From Lingula anatina (Eukaryota > Animalia > Brachiopoda), in assembly GCA_051362555.1 (NCBI GenBank), contig CM120641.1:46444401-46508400 (forward strand): 64,000 nucleotides of DNA, written 5' to 3'. Positions 1-17,992 of the stretch are shown piece by piece. Position 1 is the stretch's first letter. Each line of letters opens with the position of its first letter. The position numbers and the translations under genes are program-made. The notes under the pieces were generated by a model. The model saw only the letters and a list, made by a program, of their open reading frames with translations. It made no database searches and was not told the origin of the DNA.

Positions 1-1212
1 TTGATGTGCCACTGAAAGCATGATGCCTGTCTGTACTTATAAATTCCTGGAACCGTTTTCCTTGATCTTTCCTATTTCCTACTAATAAAAGCTGAAATAA
101 CACCGTTTTCTTTGGGACAATTTGGGTTTTCTTTTTGTAATTGAAATGTTCTAAACTGTTAGCAGTTATATTAACCTTATTGACGGCTGCTGTGAAAGTG
201 AAGTTTTTTTTTACATTTTCATACCATGAAAGCACAGGGATCCAGCTATGATGTGAATTTCAGTGGCACAAACCTTACCTGTTACTTTGTTATGTGCAGC
301 ACTATATTTAATCATGTGTCCTGATACTTTTCCATTTTGCCACCATTTACTATAAAGAGCAAAACTGGTCTCGTTATTTATAAATGCATGCTATGATGTT
401 CCTTTAGACAATTTACACTTTCTTTGATGAGCATGGATTTTGCTGTTGTATTTATCTCATGTACGTGACATTATGTGCTCCCCTGTAGCGAAATATGATG
501 TTGCTAGTAGGAGCTTTGCGAGCATGATGGTCAATAACGGTATACTTTCTTTTCGTTTCCAAGTTTCCAGTGAAGTCAAAAATTGGCATTTATACATGTA
601 TAGCTGTTGTATTTATGGATATCTGTACATAATGTGAGATAAACTCAGCCCCTCCAGGTTTCCATTAAAATGATTTCAGAAAAGTTGCATATTTTCAAAG
701 AATTTTCTTGGTTGCATGCACTGTTTAATGTGTTGTTTCCTCTGCTGAGATATTGATATAGACTGTGTAATCGGGCATGGTTTTATTGGTTGCCAGTTTT
801 TTTACTACGATTACAACTTCAGCTTTGAACATGCAATTGTAACTGGCTTTTGTACAGTGAGGACACATGGTATTTTGATAATAAAATTTGTATGAATTTA
901 ACTTAAATATATGTTTATCTGTAATATTTTATTTTGAAATGCTATTGGTAACTTACAAGAAATAAATAACACATGAGGAGATACATGTAACAAATTTTAA
1001 CTTTAATATCAATCAACAAGAGCCAAAGAAAAAAAAATATATATAGAACATTAGTGGCCCTTACTCATGTTACTCTATTGGTTTCTCCATGCCGTTTGAC
1101 TTAGTTCAGCAGTGAGTCAAATACCCCCCCCCTCCCCCCCCCCCCCCCCCCCCCAACATCTCAGGTGAAACCCATACAATTTATTTTCAATTTTTTTGTT
1201 AATTTTTTTCAG

Positions 1213-6135
<4,923 letters not shown>

Positions 6136-6207
6136 ATCAGTGGATCTCAGTGCGAAATTATTACTGACAGGGGAGCCTGGTGTCCTGTTTTGAGTGTCAC
6201 ATTGTAC

Positions 6208-6296
6208 AGGTCATTGACCTTGCACATAGATCAGTCATTGACCTTTCACAAAGGTCAAGTCATTGACCTTGCCCAAAGATCAGGTCAACAACCTTT
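6208..6296. repeat. Degenerate ~24-nt tandem repeat (GTCATTGACCTT core) in the TRIM9 3'UTR
   Basis: Three clear gtcattgacctt copies and a fourth decayed copy. Confidence 0.8.
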
Positions 6297-8401
6297 ATTA
6301 AAAGACACAGCCAGTATTGGCTTGGTGTCTCATAACAGGAACATTGACCTGGAACTGCTTTAACCTGTATTGACTGAGTGCTCCTGTACTGGAGCCTTAT
6401 GTCAACATTGATCAATGAATTATTAAGTATTATTTTTTACTGATATCATTATTTATTTCAAAATGTCTTATTGCAGTAAATGTACACAAGGGTCAAGGCA
6501 GTTTATTTTACAATCAGTGGGAAATACTTGGATGTTAAGTTTTTTTTTTTTTTTGATCAATAAGTACATTTAACTTGCAGAAAAAGTGTCCGAGTTTGGT
6601 TTTGAACAACTTGAATTAGTTGTTTTTATTGAGTGTGACTTCATAGCGAGTGACTTGGCATCTGTCATTTATATGCATCAATGTCAATTTCCCCCTTGCT
6701 ACATGTTGCGAAGTATGGGTTTATTTTATTGCAACAGAACCACCTTTATTTTTGATCTCAAAGACTCTTTTTCAGCAGGCACTGAGAATGACATAACCTA
6801 ACATGCAATTTGACCCATGAGGCTCTGACACCTAATGGCTTTTTGTTATGCCACACATCAATTTGTATAATTTTTTTCTTCACATAATTTGCCCTGGTGG
6901 CATGAGGAGAAGAACATTGAAGTTAATCTGACTGTGTAATGCTTTTAGTTCCCAGTGTAGAAATGTGTGATGCTCTCTTAACTGTTGTTTTTAGATTGGT
7001 CTAAATCCATACAGATGCTGGTGTATCAGTGCTGTAGAAATTGACAGACTATTTAGGAATTGTATTTATGTTATTGATATCTATGACAAGATGTTAGAGA
7101 ATTTTAAGTTTGGGAATCTGCTGCTCTACACAATGCTTCTCATGTTTGATTACAAGCTTGATTATTATTATCATTGTTATTTTTTACACTATTTCTGTAC
7201 TGGCTTACATGCAAAAATGGTCTTTATAAGCTGCTGTCTGAAGACAGTTGTTATGAATGAGATCGCGTATCAGACAGAGGCTAATCAGTATACACTGGAG
7301 AAGGTCATGACATTATGTATGAAATTAAGAACAATTGATGCAATAAAATAGTTCCTACATTCTTTATTGATGAAGGTAATTTTTTTCCTAAAAGAATTTC
7401 ATAGAATTTTCTCTGGCACCCTTTAGGAATTGAGGCGGTGATTTGAAAAAAAAGGGGTGGGGGGGGGGCGTAGGAATGGTCATGATCAGCAGCCACAGTT
7501 CTTGCTGCAGAACATTTTTTCCAGCAACTGTTGCAAAATTTGATAAGAGCTCTTTACATACCACAGGACAACGAACAGTACTGAAACAGTTCACTGGTGC
7601 GTATTTAGCATTGCTCATAATGTTCAAGCTTATGGAAATTAAATTGGTTCAAGGAATTTAGATTATAACCATAATTTCTTGTTATAAATTGTGCCATGTG
7701 TTTTCAGTTATACCAAGGTTACTGCCTTTTAGTGAAGAGTTTGATGAATTGATTGCAGAAAGAAACATGGACATTAGTTAGACCTGGAAGGGGGGCATTA
7801 TTTAATAATTCTTATTTTTATCTGGTAAACATTAAAACATTTTAAGGTTTATTTATTTTCACACAGAGGAATGCACAATTTTTTGTATTATTGTGAATCT
7901 TAGTATAGACTTGTATGACATTTGACACTGCTGGGTATTGATGTTAGGGATGGTGCTATTTAGAAGTTTAAAGGGTTGTGTGTTAAGAACATGTTTTGCA
8001 ACAAAAATGTTTTGTGAAAAAAAATCCTCACTGAATCAAATAATGTTAATTAAGTATTCACTCGTATGATTTTAAGAGTCACAAATTTGTCTTATTATAA
8101 TAACTTTGAACAAAGAAAGCCTACTTTCTGAAGTAGCTGAAATAGCTAGAATTTAGATTAGATCATGTACATATCTGTAAAGATCTCATATGTATCATTT
8201 CCCAACAGTATAAGCAATCTCCTAAACCCTTTTTTTTATGAAAGACTTATCATTTCTGAACAGTATAATGTAAGTGTAAATATGGAGTGAAAATTATAAG
8301 TAAATTAATTTAACCTTGAATGATTTCAGAAGCTTAAATGCTACAATGAGTAAAGCTTCGTACATGGAGCTTATTTTTGTTACATCAGGTAGTTAATAAT
8401 G

Positions 8402-8562
8402 TACAGTAGACTTTACACAACTTGACCTTATAACTCAAATTTTTGTGTATCTCAAACAAATCTTATGGAACAAACTTTTTCTTTTGCCTCACTGTAATCT
8501 TTGCAAAACTTGAACAAATTTTCTGGTCACAAAATGTCCCAAGTTGTTTGGATTGTACTGTA
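8402..8562. mobile_element. Tc1/mariner-type MITE remnant
   Basis: TA-CAGTA...TACTG-TA ends. The left end tacagtagactttacacaacttg aligns with the reverse complement of the right end, tacagtacaatccaaacaacttg. Confidence 0.6.
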
Positions 8563-9241
8563 TTTAAAAACTGTCATTCATCAAACCATCGTGGCGGGAA
8601 GGTTGGATGGTGTTCATTGTAATTAAAAAAATCGTTTGTGAGTATGGAATGTTTCAAACTGACCTGCTGTTTCTGGACACAGCTTTTCATTTTGTCTAAT
8701 TATGGTAAGGTTATCATGCACAATATGTGACCAGGAAAACACAATAGCACAGGTTGTCAACTAATTGAATCCTTTTATTAGCATGGTTAATTCATAAAAG
8801 AACCCTGCTTTTCATGTAGTTGAGTATTGAGAAATGGATTAAAAGTTGGTCATGTTTGTACGCGTTTAGTTTTCTAGGCAAGCTTTTGATCATAGTGCTA
8901 TAATTGAATTTTACGTGCAATACTGAAATGATTTCAATCTGGATAAAATGGATTTGTAAATATCTGATTTGGTTGCCATGATATTGTGCACAGTGTTTAG
9001 GACAAAATGAAATAAAATGGTTTGAGAATTAATTGCTTTGACTTATATTTCTTATAACACTTGCATAGAGCTATCCACACATTCAAAACCAAAAAGGATT
9101 TAATTGTGGAATTTGAAAACAAACATCTGCTTGTAATAAAAGAAATAAGTGCAGTGTGTGAAGACAACTCTCATTTTCCATTCCATATAACTAACTGGAA
9201 AAATAGAAATTAAATGTGAAGCAATATTTACTATATGTATA

Positions 9242-9380
9242 CCTAGGGCTCTGTAACTAAAAAGCATCGCGTATTGCATAGAGTGATATCACATACAATG
9301 TATTATATGGGGCGAGTTATGGAATCAAGACACTTGCGCTCGGTCGCAATGTGCGATGCTTTCGAGATACGGGGCCTAGG
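9242..9380. mobile_element. Short MITE-like inverted-repeat element
   Basis: About 35-nt imperfect terminal inverted repeats: cctagggctctgtaactaaaaagcatcgcgtattgc versus the right-end reverse complement cctaggccccgtatctcgaaagcatcgcacattgc. Confidence 0.7.
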
Positions 9381-10257
9381 TCATTTGTTTGACATGATCC
9401 ACATTTTCACTTACCACGTACTCTAGGTTATGTGGTGAATCTAGAATTCACTCTACCACGAATGTCCTTACAAATCAATTTGTAATAAAAAACAAGACCA
9501 ATATGCACCAAGAGGCTGTTCACATTTGTCATTTGTGCAGCTACTTACTATGCTGGTTGAACGTGTTCACAATGCTAAGAAGAGTTGGTGCATAACTTGT
9601 GTCAAGTTCAAAGCAAGAGGTAAATCATTAGATAAAGTTGATGGCTTTACGTTGTTATGGAGAAGATAGAATTTAGGTTTGCCATGTTTTTACCCTCAAA
9701 ATAAACTGTAATGATAAAAAAAGGAGTGGGGCCTATGATAGTAAACGTCAAACTGATTGAAATCACCTTAATGGAAGCCAATTACCCAGATTTCAATTTT
9801 TTATGACAATCAGTGTGATAGCAATCAGGAAGAAAACAACACAACCTGTCAAATGAGTGGAACCTTTTGACACTTGTCCAGCAGCTGCACTATGTTGCTG
9901 AACCAGATGGACTTAATTCAGATTGTATGCGATTTGTACCCAATTATTTTTTCCCTTAAGACAATTTATTGTATTAATTTATGTGATGGGCAGTGACATT
10001 TATATACTATCAGCAAAATTGAAAATAACCACAGATGCATTTGCTTAAAGCGTGTTATGGTTGATATGTACTGGCTATGAAAAACTGAAATGAAATGCCC
10101 GAGGGAAAGCATTATATATTTATCATTTCTTGTCCTGAGGGTCTCTGTGCTAAAAATCACTGTAAATTCTCTTTGGGGCCATATTTTAGTCACTCAGATT
10201 TTGGACACCACAAATCATTTCATATTTTCCTGACGCCAGGTTTCTCATTAGCAAAAC

Positions 10258-10293
<36 letters not shown>

Positions 10294-12596
10294 AATACAA
10301 TTCTAAACCCTTAAAATGACTATTATGAGCCATATTCCTTCTCTGTATGTCAAACATCCCAATATGCCCAGTAATCCTAAATGTGTGACCAGCAGACATT
10401 GTAATCCTTATAAATCTATAGGCATCCTCGTCGTATTGACTTTCAGATCGTAGCAGGTTTTAGAGAGAAATCAGTCTCAGCTTTTTGGGCAAACAAAATA
10501 CTAGCAAAATGTGTAAATATGTTTCAATCTCTCCCAAATCCTATTTTGACTGCTTGACTTACTGATATTGTTAAAAAGAAAAAGCGTTTTCTTAATTTCT
10601 TGTGCTTCTGCTCACAATTCAGAACAAATACTCTATTTATCTATTGTCCTGTTGAAACTGATTATCTGTCTGTACAGACATTGTGTTAAGAGTACAAGTG
10701 TTGTGGAATGACCTTCGCTTCAACAGCATCAAGAACGTTTGCATGTTTGACTTGCACTACAGTAGTCATGGGAACAGCACTGAAGGTGTGAATAATTGAA
10801 GTACAGACTTTCTTAGAAATAAAGGATCATCTCCTTTGCAACAAAATGAGACTGCAAACACTCATTGACAACCAATCACTGGCTACTCATTTGCTGAAAC
10901 TTAATTTATCAAATTATTTTATTAATGTTTTATCTAATTCCATTTCATACTGACTTCTTTTCACAAATACAGATTTATTCACAGAACAGACCATCAAAAG
11001 TGATGATATTTTTCACCAATAAACATCAAATATTAAATACATACTCTGTATCTGGGATGGGAGAACAGAGAATGCTGGGAAGAGCCCTCCCCCCCCCCCC
11101 CCCTCCTTGATAGCTACACAAAATATGATGACTTGTTAAACTTGTTTTTATTTTTCATGTAAAAAGGACAACTCTCTTTCCTGACGTGGTGCACTTAATG
11201 ACCCCCCAGGCAAAAAAACATGAGTTGGTATTTCAACATTCACTGAAGCTAAAAGTCAAGAATGACTAATTGCCCAGCACTTAAAAAGCCAAAGCATGCT
11301 TTGTAAAATGTCACACCACCCACAGCAAAAAAGTAATGCCAACCTAAAAATGTAAATCAATTATGTATGTTACATATTCTTGACTCCTAGCATGTTGCAC
11401 TATTTATATCATCACAATAACCCCATCAAAATGTTCATTTTCAACTATTGTACTTCAAAACTGCTTTTGTTATGACAAAATTACATACCACTAAATTGTG
11501 TAAAAAGTACAAAAGAAAACATTTATCTGTCAATTTCTCATTTGAATATGAGAAATCAATCCCCTCTGGGTGTGATATAGTCACTTATATTGTATTATAT
11601 ATATATTCAGGTGGATTAATAAACAGGCATCAAAATTTTTAGTTTTTCAAACACTACCCATTCTGCTTCTACAGAATTTCCGTTAATCAATGAGCCAACC
11701 CAGGGGATTTTTCCGCCAAAATTAATTTTCCTTGGGTGAAGAGCAATTTCAGATTGGCACGCCTCCTCTTGATTCCAATGTACTCGTATAATCACCTGCT
11801 TTTTTGTCCTCTCCTCAAAGCCAGGAGGCAGGGTGTTAACCTCTTTATTTTATTGATTCCTGCAGGTTGGATCAATCTAAGAAGACTGATAGTTTCATTC
11901 GGAATGAACCCCTAGTTGTTTCCAATTTTGACCAGATATACAAATTTGGCCATCAAAGGTCACATCTGGTCATGTCTTACACAAATAAAATAAAAGTTAA
12001 TTATAACTCATTAAATTATAACAGATAATTTTTGGGTGATAATAATCACAAGTTTGGCATGTTTTCTTTTCATCCAGCCACTATGCATCAACTGACAAAC
12101 TGCAATTTCAATATTCATATTTATTATAACTTTCTTTTTAATGCTGTACATAAAAATGTATGTTACTAGACCCTGGCATGCTCATGTACCTTTGCTACAC
12201 AAATGAAGTAATATCATTAGTGTTTTCTTAGAAGCAGTCTTTTCTTTAATATAATTGCATGGATTTTACTTGATTTCTAAATAAGAGAACAAAGAAAGTC
12301 TATCCAACCTCTTGTCCATAAGCCAAGAAAATTACCTAGCATGTTCTTTGTTTTTTACAAATACTTCTATAATATTGACCAATTCATTGATTACAGCATG
12401 GAGTTGTTGATTTTTTCTGATGTAGCAGCAACTCAACTTCTGTACAACAGCAAAGCAATGTTAAGCCGATGTATTAAACGTGCCTCTTGTCCCTTTGAGT
12501 CAACAGAAGTATGACCTCAACTTATGTGCTACATTAATCATTGTTTGGCTGATAAATGATATGTCTGTTTTTCAGCTTATTTGGAAATACAACCAA

Positions 12597-15500
12597 TCAA
12601 AAGTAGTGATATCGGATACCATCATCATCACTTGATTCACTAGAATCACTACTATCATCACTAAGTTCCTCAAAGTCTTCATAACCATCTTCCTCAGAAT
12701 CGTCTTCATCACTTTCATATGTCCAGTTATTGTTACGGTTAGTTTCTATGAAATGATAAAGTGAAAAATAATCACTTAAAAGTCAGTGTCTACATATCAT
12801 CTTATGGTCTGAATATGAATACTCTTATTAAAAATAAAAAAAGTCAAGTACTTAATTATAGGTTGTTTCATTGCAAAGTTAACAGCTATCATTTTAAAAT
12901 ACTGAAGAATGTTTTTATGAAACATATAAAACATTTTATAAGGCTTTATTTCAAATTACTTACTGTACTCGGCAACAAATTTCATCGGGTCAAACTTGAG
13001 CTCAGTTCCAGGATGTTCTGATTCAAATTTCTTTTTGGCTTCTTTTCCAGCCTCCTCCATTTCCTTCCTGTGTAGCTCAAACACGTCTGTGTCTGCCGGG
13101 CACCTGAGGGCATTTATCAAACATTTCTGTGAATTATATCATTAAAAGACACAAAACCCTGTTATCCATCAAACTTTAAAATTCACAATCATCTAACTCC
13201 TTTTAGAGAGTGTACTCTAAGTACCATCTAATGCCAGAATTACTACAGTAACAGATAAAATTGCAGTTCCAATATGGTTACTGAAAAAATCTTAAAACTT
13301 TTAAAAACAAAAGGAACTGAAAAAAAGTGTTTTGAGTTCAATTGCTACAACCACGGAAGCACTCAGAGAAGGAAGACCTCCACCAAGACAAATAATTAAC
13401 TAATATTTAATCATTGGAACATCACCAAAATTAAATCACTTTCAAGTTTTCCTGAAAATTTCATCAGATTCCATTGAAACTTTTTAGTTAGGGTGGTGGC
13501 ACACACAAATGGAGGTGAAAGCATAACCCCCTTAGCAGAGGTAATCAATGATTTCATGGTGTAAACTATAGATATATTGATGTCATACAGATAACACTGA
13601 GAAACAAACGAAATGATAAAACTATCATTATCTCTCAAATAATGGAACACTTAAAACAGTAGCTGACACATGAGGGGATCTTATATGGGTAACTACAGAT
13701 TAGCCTGTTACAAAAATAAAGAAAGTTAAACAAATAAATAAATAAATAGGATGGGTTTTCACACGTTGACTAAACCTGTTAAATCACTTACTGTCCTTTC
13801 CTATCTCCAAAATGGGAATAATCTCTGATGGGCTTACGGCACACGTAGCACATGGATGCTCCACAGGAACAGGTCATCTTGTTACAGCCTTCCACCTTGT
13901 AGAAACGTTTCTTACATTTCCAGCACGTCCTAAGCATGGCTTCTGAGATCTTGTTCTCTATGAAGGTTCTCATGCTGGTCTCCCCTTGTCTTTCCACTTC
14001 ATCACAGTGGAAAGGAACATGGTTTGGTTCCTTGCATAACCTAAGGGGGAGAAAAAAAAAGACTTTTAGTTTGACTGCATACACAGGGGGAATTAACAAT
14101 ATTCAATCTTTCTACGCCTTTTTTCAGCATATACAAAATTACATACTTTATTTAAAATCTTACAAAATTTGTGTCACGCAGATTTATTGTGAAACTCTGG
14201 TGTTTCAGCAACTCAAGGCAAATTGACACTGCTATAACCTGAAATAACAACTGTATTCAATGGTGATTAGCTACAATTACCTACCTGCAGGATTCTTTCA
14301 GACATTCTGGATTAAGGCATTTAAACACCTTGTCCTCTGGGTTGGACATAATGGTAGCAAAACTACAGAAAGGGCAGCTCACAAGGTCAGGAATGTCCGC
14401 TTGGCGAATCTCCTCTTCCTGTAAACGGCGTAACAAGTTGGAGAAGATCTTGGGTGAGAGAACCTTCTGCAGGACTGATGTAGAAAACTCAAACGTACAG
14501 TCACTGGTCAAACAGGGAAATTTCGTCTTTGTTTGACCAATCAGTTCTTCTGATGACCTGCGGACACAAGTTTGGCAAAACAAATGGCCATCTGCACAGC
14601 TGACCATTTCCTCAAAGAGCACTTCATCGTCATAGCAACATCCACATTCGTACAGCTCTTTCTTCTCCCGTGCTTCTGCTATCTTGGTCTCACGTTCTTT
14701 CTTTTGCTCCTCCAGGTAATCTGAGAAATCAAAATTAACAATAAAAAAATGTCTGAAAAGCGTAAAGCAAGAGCAAAATAAAAATATAATAATGGATAAT
14801 AATAGGTGTTACTTAATCAAAGCAAGTTTTAGCAGAGTTTGACAATCAAATATCCTTTGATTTTATTCATTAATTGTAAAGATTCTACACAACACAGAAA
14901 ATGTTCAGTGAAACATAGCATGCTTTTAACCTTTTATATCCTGTTCATGCTGGACAAAAAGCATTTCCTTGATCAAAATTTCATCCACTTCACTGGGAAG
15001 TTTCTCTTGTCTCCTTCGTTTCTTCAAGAATTTTTCAGAACGTTTTTTCCTCCCTAAAACATATAATTAAAGAAAAATCAATGTAAATGAAATTGTTGAA
15101 TTATTACTTATAAAAATTCAGATGACTTAAATAGTTTATTAAATCTAACCAATTATATACTTTTTCCCTTCATCAAAATTTCCTGCACCGATTTCAAAAA
15201 TGTCAAAAGCCCCATTATTTTCAACATTACTTTCCAATATGGAAATATTTATTGAAAAAGCTGGATGAAATAGTAATATGTTCATCAATATACTTGCCTC
15301 TAAAATCTCCAGCTTCCTCTGCCAGCTCTCTTACTGTGGGTGCGAAGTGGAACTTATGCTTCTCAAAAATGGTTCTTATGTAAGGGTCCTTCATAAGGGG
15401 AAAGTCATTCATAAGTTGTACAATGGCACAATTCTTGTAATTATTGCTCACTGGTTTCGCTTCATCATAGAAGTACGTCTGTGGATCATCAAACATCTGC

Positions 15501-17293
15501 AGAAATTCTTTGATATCAAAGTGAGATCTCATCTTTTCCAGCTGTTTTTTCTTGGCAAACTTTTTCTGTTTCTCTATAACATCTTTCAGCCGGGGAAAGT
15601 TTTTGGTTTCCAGCATCTGAGCTGCTAAATGTTTACTCCTTTCTGGGTCATTTTCCCTCATTATAAGTGCCTTAACTAAGTAGTCCGGGTCACAGTCTGG
15701 AAAAATTGCTTTTAATTCTTCTACCTCTATTTCAAGCCGAGTCTTTGGGGTATCATCAAAGACTGCTGGTGTATTATGACTTTTGTCTTCAGTACTATGA
15801 TTAGTGCCTTTATCCTCACCCGAAGCTGTCTTTACATCATGCAGCATTTCAAAACTTTCTTCTGAATTTTGACTGCTCAATGGAGTAAGTTTCACATTTG
15901 TTCCTTCTTCATCTTGACTTCCACCCTGCATTCTCAAGAATTCTTCAGCTACAACCTGTATCCTGTTTGGATTTTGATGGTGGGCCTCCAAGTATGCATA
16001 GATTTCATTTCTGTCTTTGTCAGGGAACATGCGGGCAAGAAACTGCATGTCTGTGTATATGGGGTCATTATCAAATGTGACCTTCTCTTCTGCATGTCGA
16101 CTCTTGCTGTTGCTTTCATTATTATCAACTGGGATCACCACTGATTGATTTTCAGAATTACTAGTTTTTCTTGACTTAAGTTCATCAATGACATCTTTCT
16201 TTCTAGTATTAATATTGTTTTTCTCTTCTAGCAGCACAAAAATTTCATTAGGATCAACATTAGGGAACAGTTGGGAGATGTGACCAACTTCCTTCATAAT
16301 ATCATCACTCCCTTCATTTCCTTGTTCTTTTGGCACTATTTCATTTTTCTCATCTTTTTCTTTAGCAAGTATAGTATCAACCACAAACTGAACTCTGTTT
16401 TCTTTATGCAAATTTCTTTCTAGCAACTCAAACACTATATTTGGATCAACTGTCTTACCAGGATGAAGTATGTGGATAACCTGCACGACTTTATCAACAT
16501 CCTGCAATAAACTACTCTCTGTGTCTTGGGTATTGTCTTTGGTCAAATCTATAAAACTTTCCTCCACCAATTCATTTGTGACAATATCAACACGGTGAGG
16601 CACTTTCCTATTCTGCTCCAATTTCTCATATATTATCTGTATTTCATCTCCTTTATTGAGTACTGAAGCAATCTGCTGTGCATCTCTAAAGACTGATGCT
16701 TCTTTGAAGATGGAAGGTCGGTCGAGGACTGGTTCACTGGAGGCTGGTTTTAATGAATTTGATACTTCGTTTCTTTCAGTTTCTGTATCGACTACTCTCC
16801 CATTTATAGAACCTGGAATATTGGCATCTGGAATGTCAGCACCTGTAGATGCTGAATCTATTTCATCTTTATCAGAATCAATTGGGAAATGTGGAGAATA
16901 CTCTGGACTATAAGACAAAGTATATCTCAATGTCCCTTCAGTTTCCAAAGAACTACTTTCATTTTCTGGACCTGTATCTTTTTGGTCAGGTTGAACACTG
17001 TTTTTAGAGCTTTCCATTTTATCTGTTGTCTCGTGTATGTGTCTGCTGTTCATAGACAAATAAGTGTTGTCACATCCGTCTTCACTATCACTGATACTGT
17101 GCAGTCTTCTTGGTTGCCGACTGACAAATTCCTCACTTTCTTCATCACTGCTTATGCTGTGGTAAAAAGCAGTCCTTGCTTTCTTGTTGTCACCTGACTC
17201 AATTCTTCCATTTATTTTTCTCTTTTTCTCTGTGCTACATGTGATGGGTCCATCATCCTCATTGACTACCTGACTCAATGTTTGATTTTCCAT
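12597..17293 (-). CDS. RNF216: RNF216/TRIAD3-like RING-between-RING E3 ubiquitin ligase
   Basis: Coding exons (minus strand): 17293-15298, 15053-14931, 14720-14285, 14040-13792, 13103-12964 and 12745-12597 (TGA). RING1 is ECGCCY...CADGHLFCQTC...PCLTSDC, IBR is CPFC...CLNPECLKESCRLC...H...C, and RING2 is CWKC...EGCNKMTCSCGASMCYVCR. There is an acidic C-terminal tail. All junctions join in frame, using one GC donor. Confidence 0.88.
13347..13545. mobile_element. Degenerate non-autonomous Helitron/Helentron-associated (HINE-like) repeat in RNF216 intron
   Basis: Begins aagcactcagagaaggaagacctccaccaag and ends ataacccccttagcagaggtaat, with a subterminal inverted pair acctccaccaag/cttagcagaggt. 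It resembles a widespread animal repeat architecture from memory. Confidence 0.5.
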
Positions 17294-17783
17294 ACTGATC
17301 AGGTCACTTTACAGATACACCCTGTAAAAAAAAAACTGACATAATCAAATGTCAAAATAATAATAAAAATAATTTATACAACTATGTTACTTGGTGAATG
17401 AGTTTAAATGAAATTCTGCTATCTGAATTCCATTTTTTACAGGAATTTAGTCTTCATGAGAAACAATCAGGGCTACTTTAGGGGGCGGGGTTAGTGGAAA
17501 TGGGATTCTGAGGAAGGGGGGGGGTCTAATTTCTAAATATTTTAGATTTTCATACTTCCGGACTTTCAACAATTCCATACACTCTTCATAAGATATGGCC
17601 CTATCGCAAGTATGAACAAAAAAGTATATTTTAAAAGAAATATAAAACATGACAATACCGAAAGACTTGTTAGCTAGTACAGTACAGCAGTTCAACTCAA
17701 GGGTTTGAAACGACTGGACTCTGAAAAGTCTAATGTTAACTCTAACAGTGACAAGCTACGCAATTTCAGTCCAGACGGATTAC

Positions 17784-17930
17784 CTTATTTTAATTGTACC
17801 ACGGCGTTAGATTTACTTCTGACTCCCTATCAAGGCGTATAGGCATAATAAGTGAGAGACGAGATCATGGAGATGCACTTTATACTATAAGCTCGAAAGG
17901 TTTCGATTTTGACAGACAGTTCTTGCCTCG
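17784..17930 (-). other. Probable non-coding first exon of RNF216
   Basis: The coding exon has an acceptor (T-tract + acag, AG at 17323-17322) 28 nt before the ATG. A donor AAG|GTAATC lies at 17783 and CpG-richer sequence lies upstream. The 5' end is approximate. Confidence 0.5.
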
Positions 17931-17938
17931 GCTTGTCG

Positions 17939-17992
17939 ACTTCCTGTTTACGTCCCACTTCTCGCGAGAAGTGGGTCATAAAAACAGGAAGT
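17939..17992. promoter_or_regulatory. Palindromic promoter element: inverted ETS-like sites flanking a TCTCGCGAGA core
   Basis: acttcctgttt (17939-17949) and aaacaggaagt (17982-17992) enclose the perfect 22-bp palindrome cccacttctcgcgagaagtggg (17954-17975), just upstream of the RNF216 5' end. Confidence 0.6.

Noticed and set aside
6586-11642. Short ORFs between TRIM9 and RNF216
   Set aside because: They have AT-rich UTR/intergenic composition, no domains and no exon-like structure.
11670-11915. GC-richer stretch with long open frames downstream of RNF216, considered as an alternative last exon
   Set aside because: Phase-1 splicing into the candidate acceptors hits early stops, and I recognise no protein similarity.
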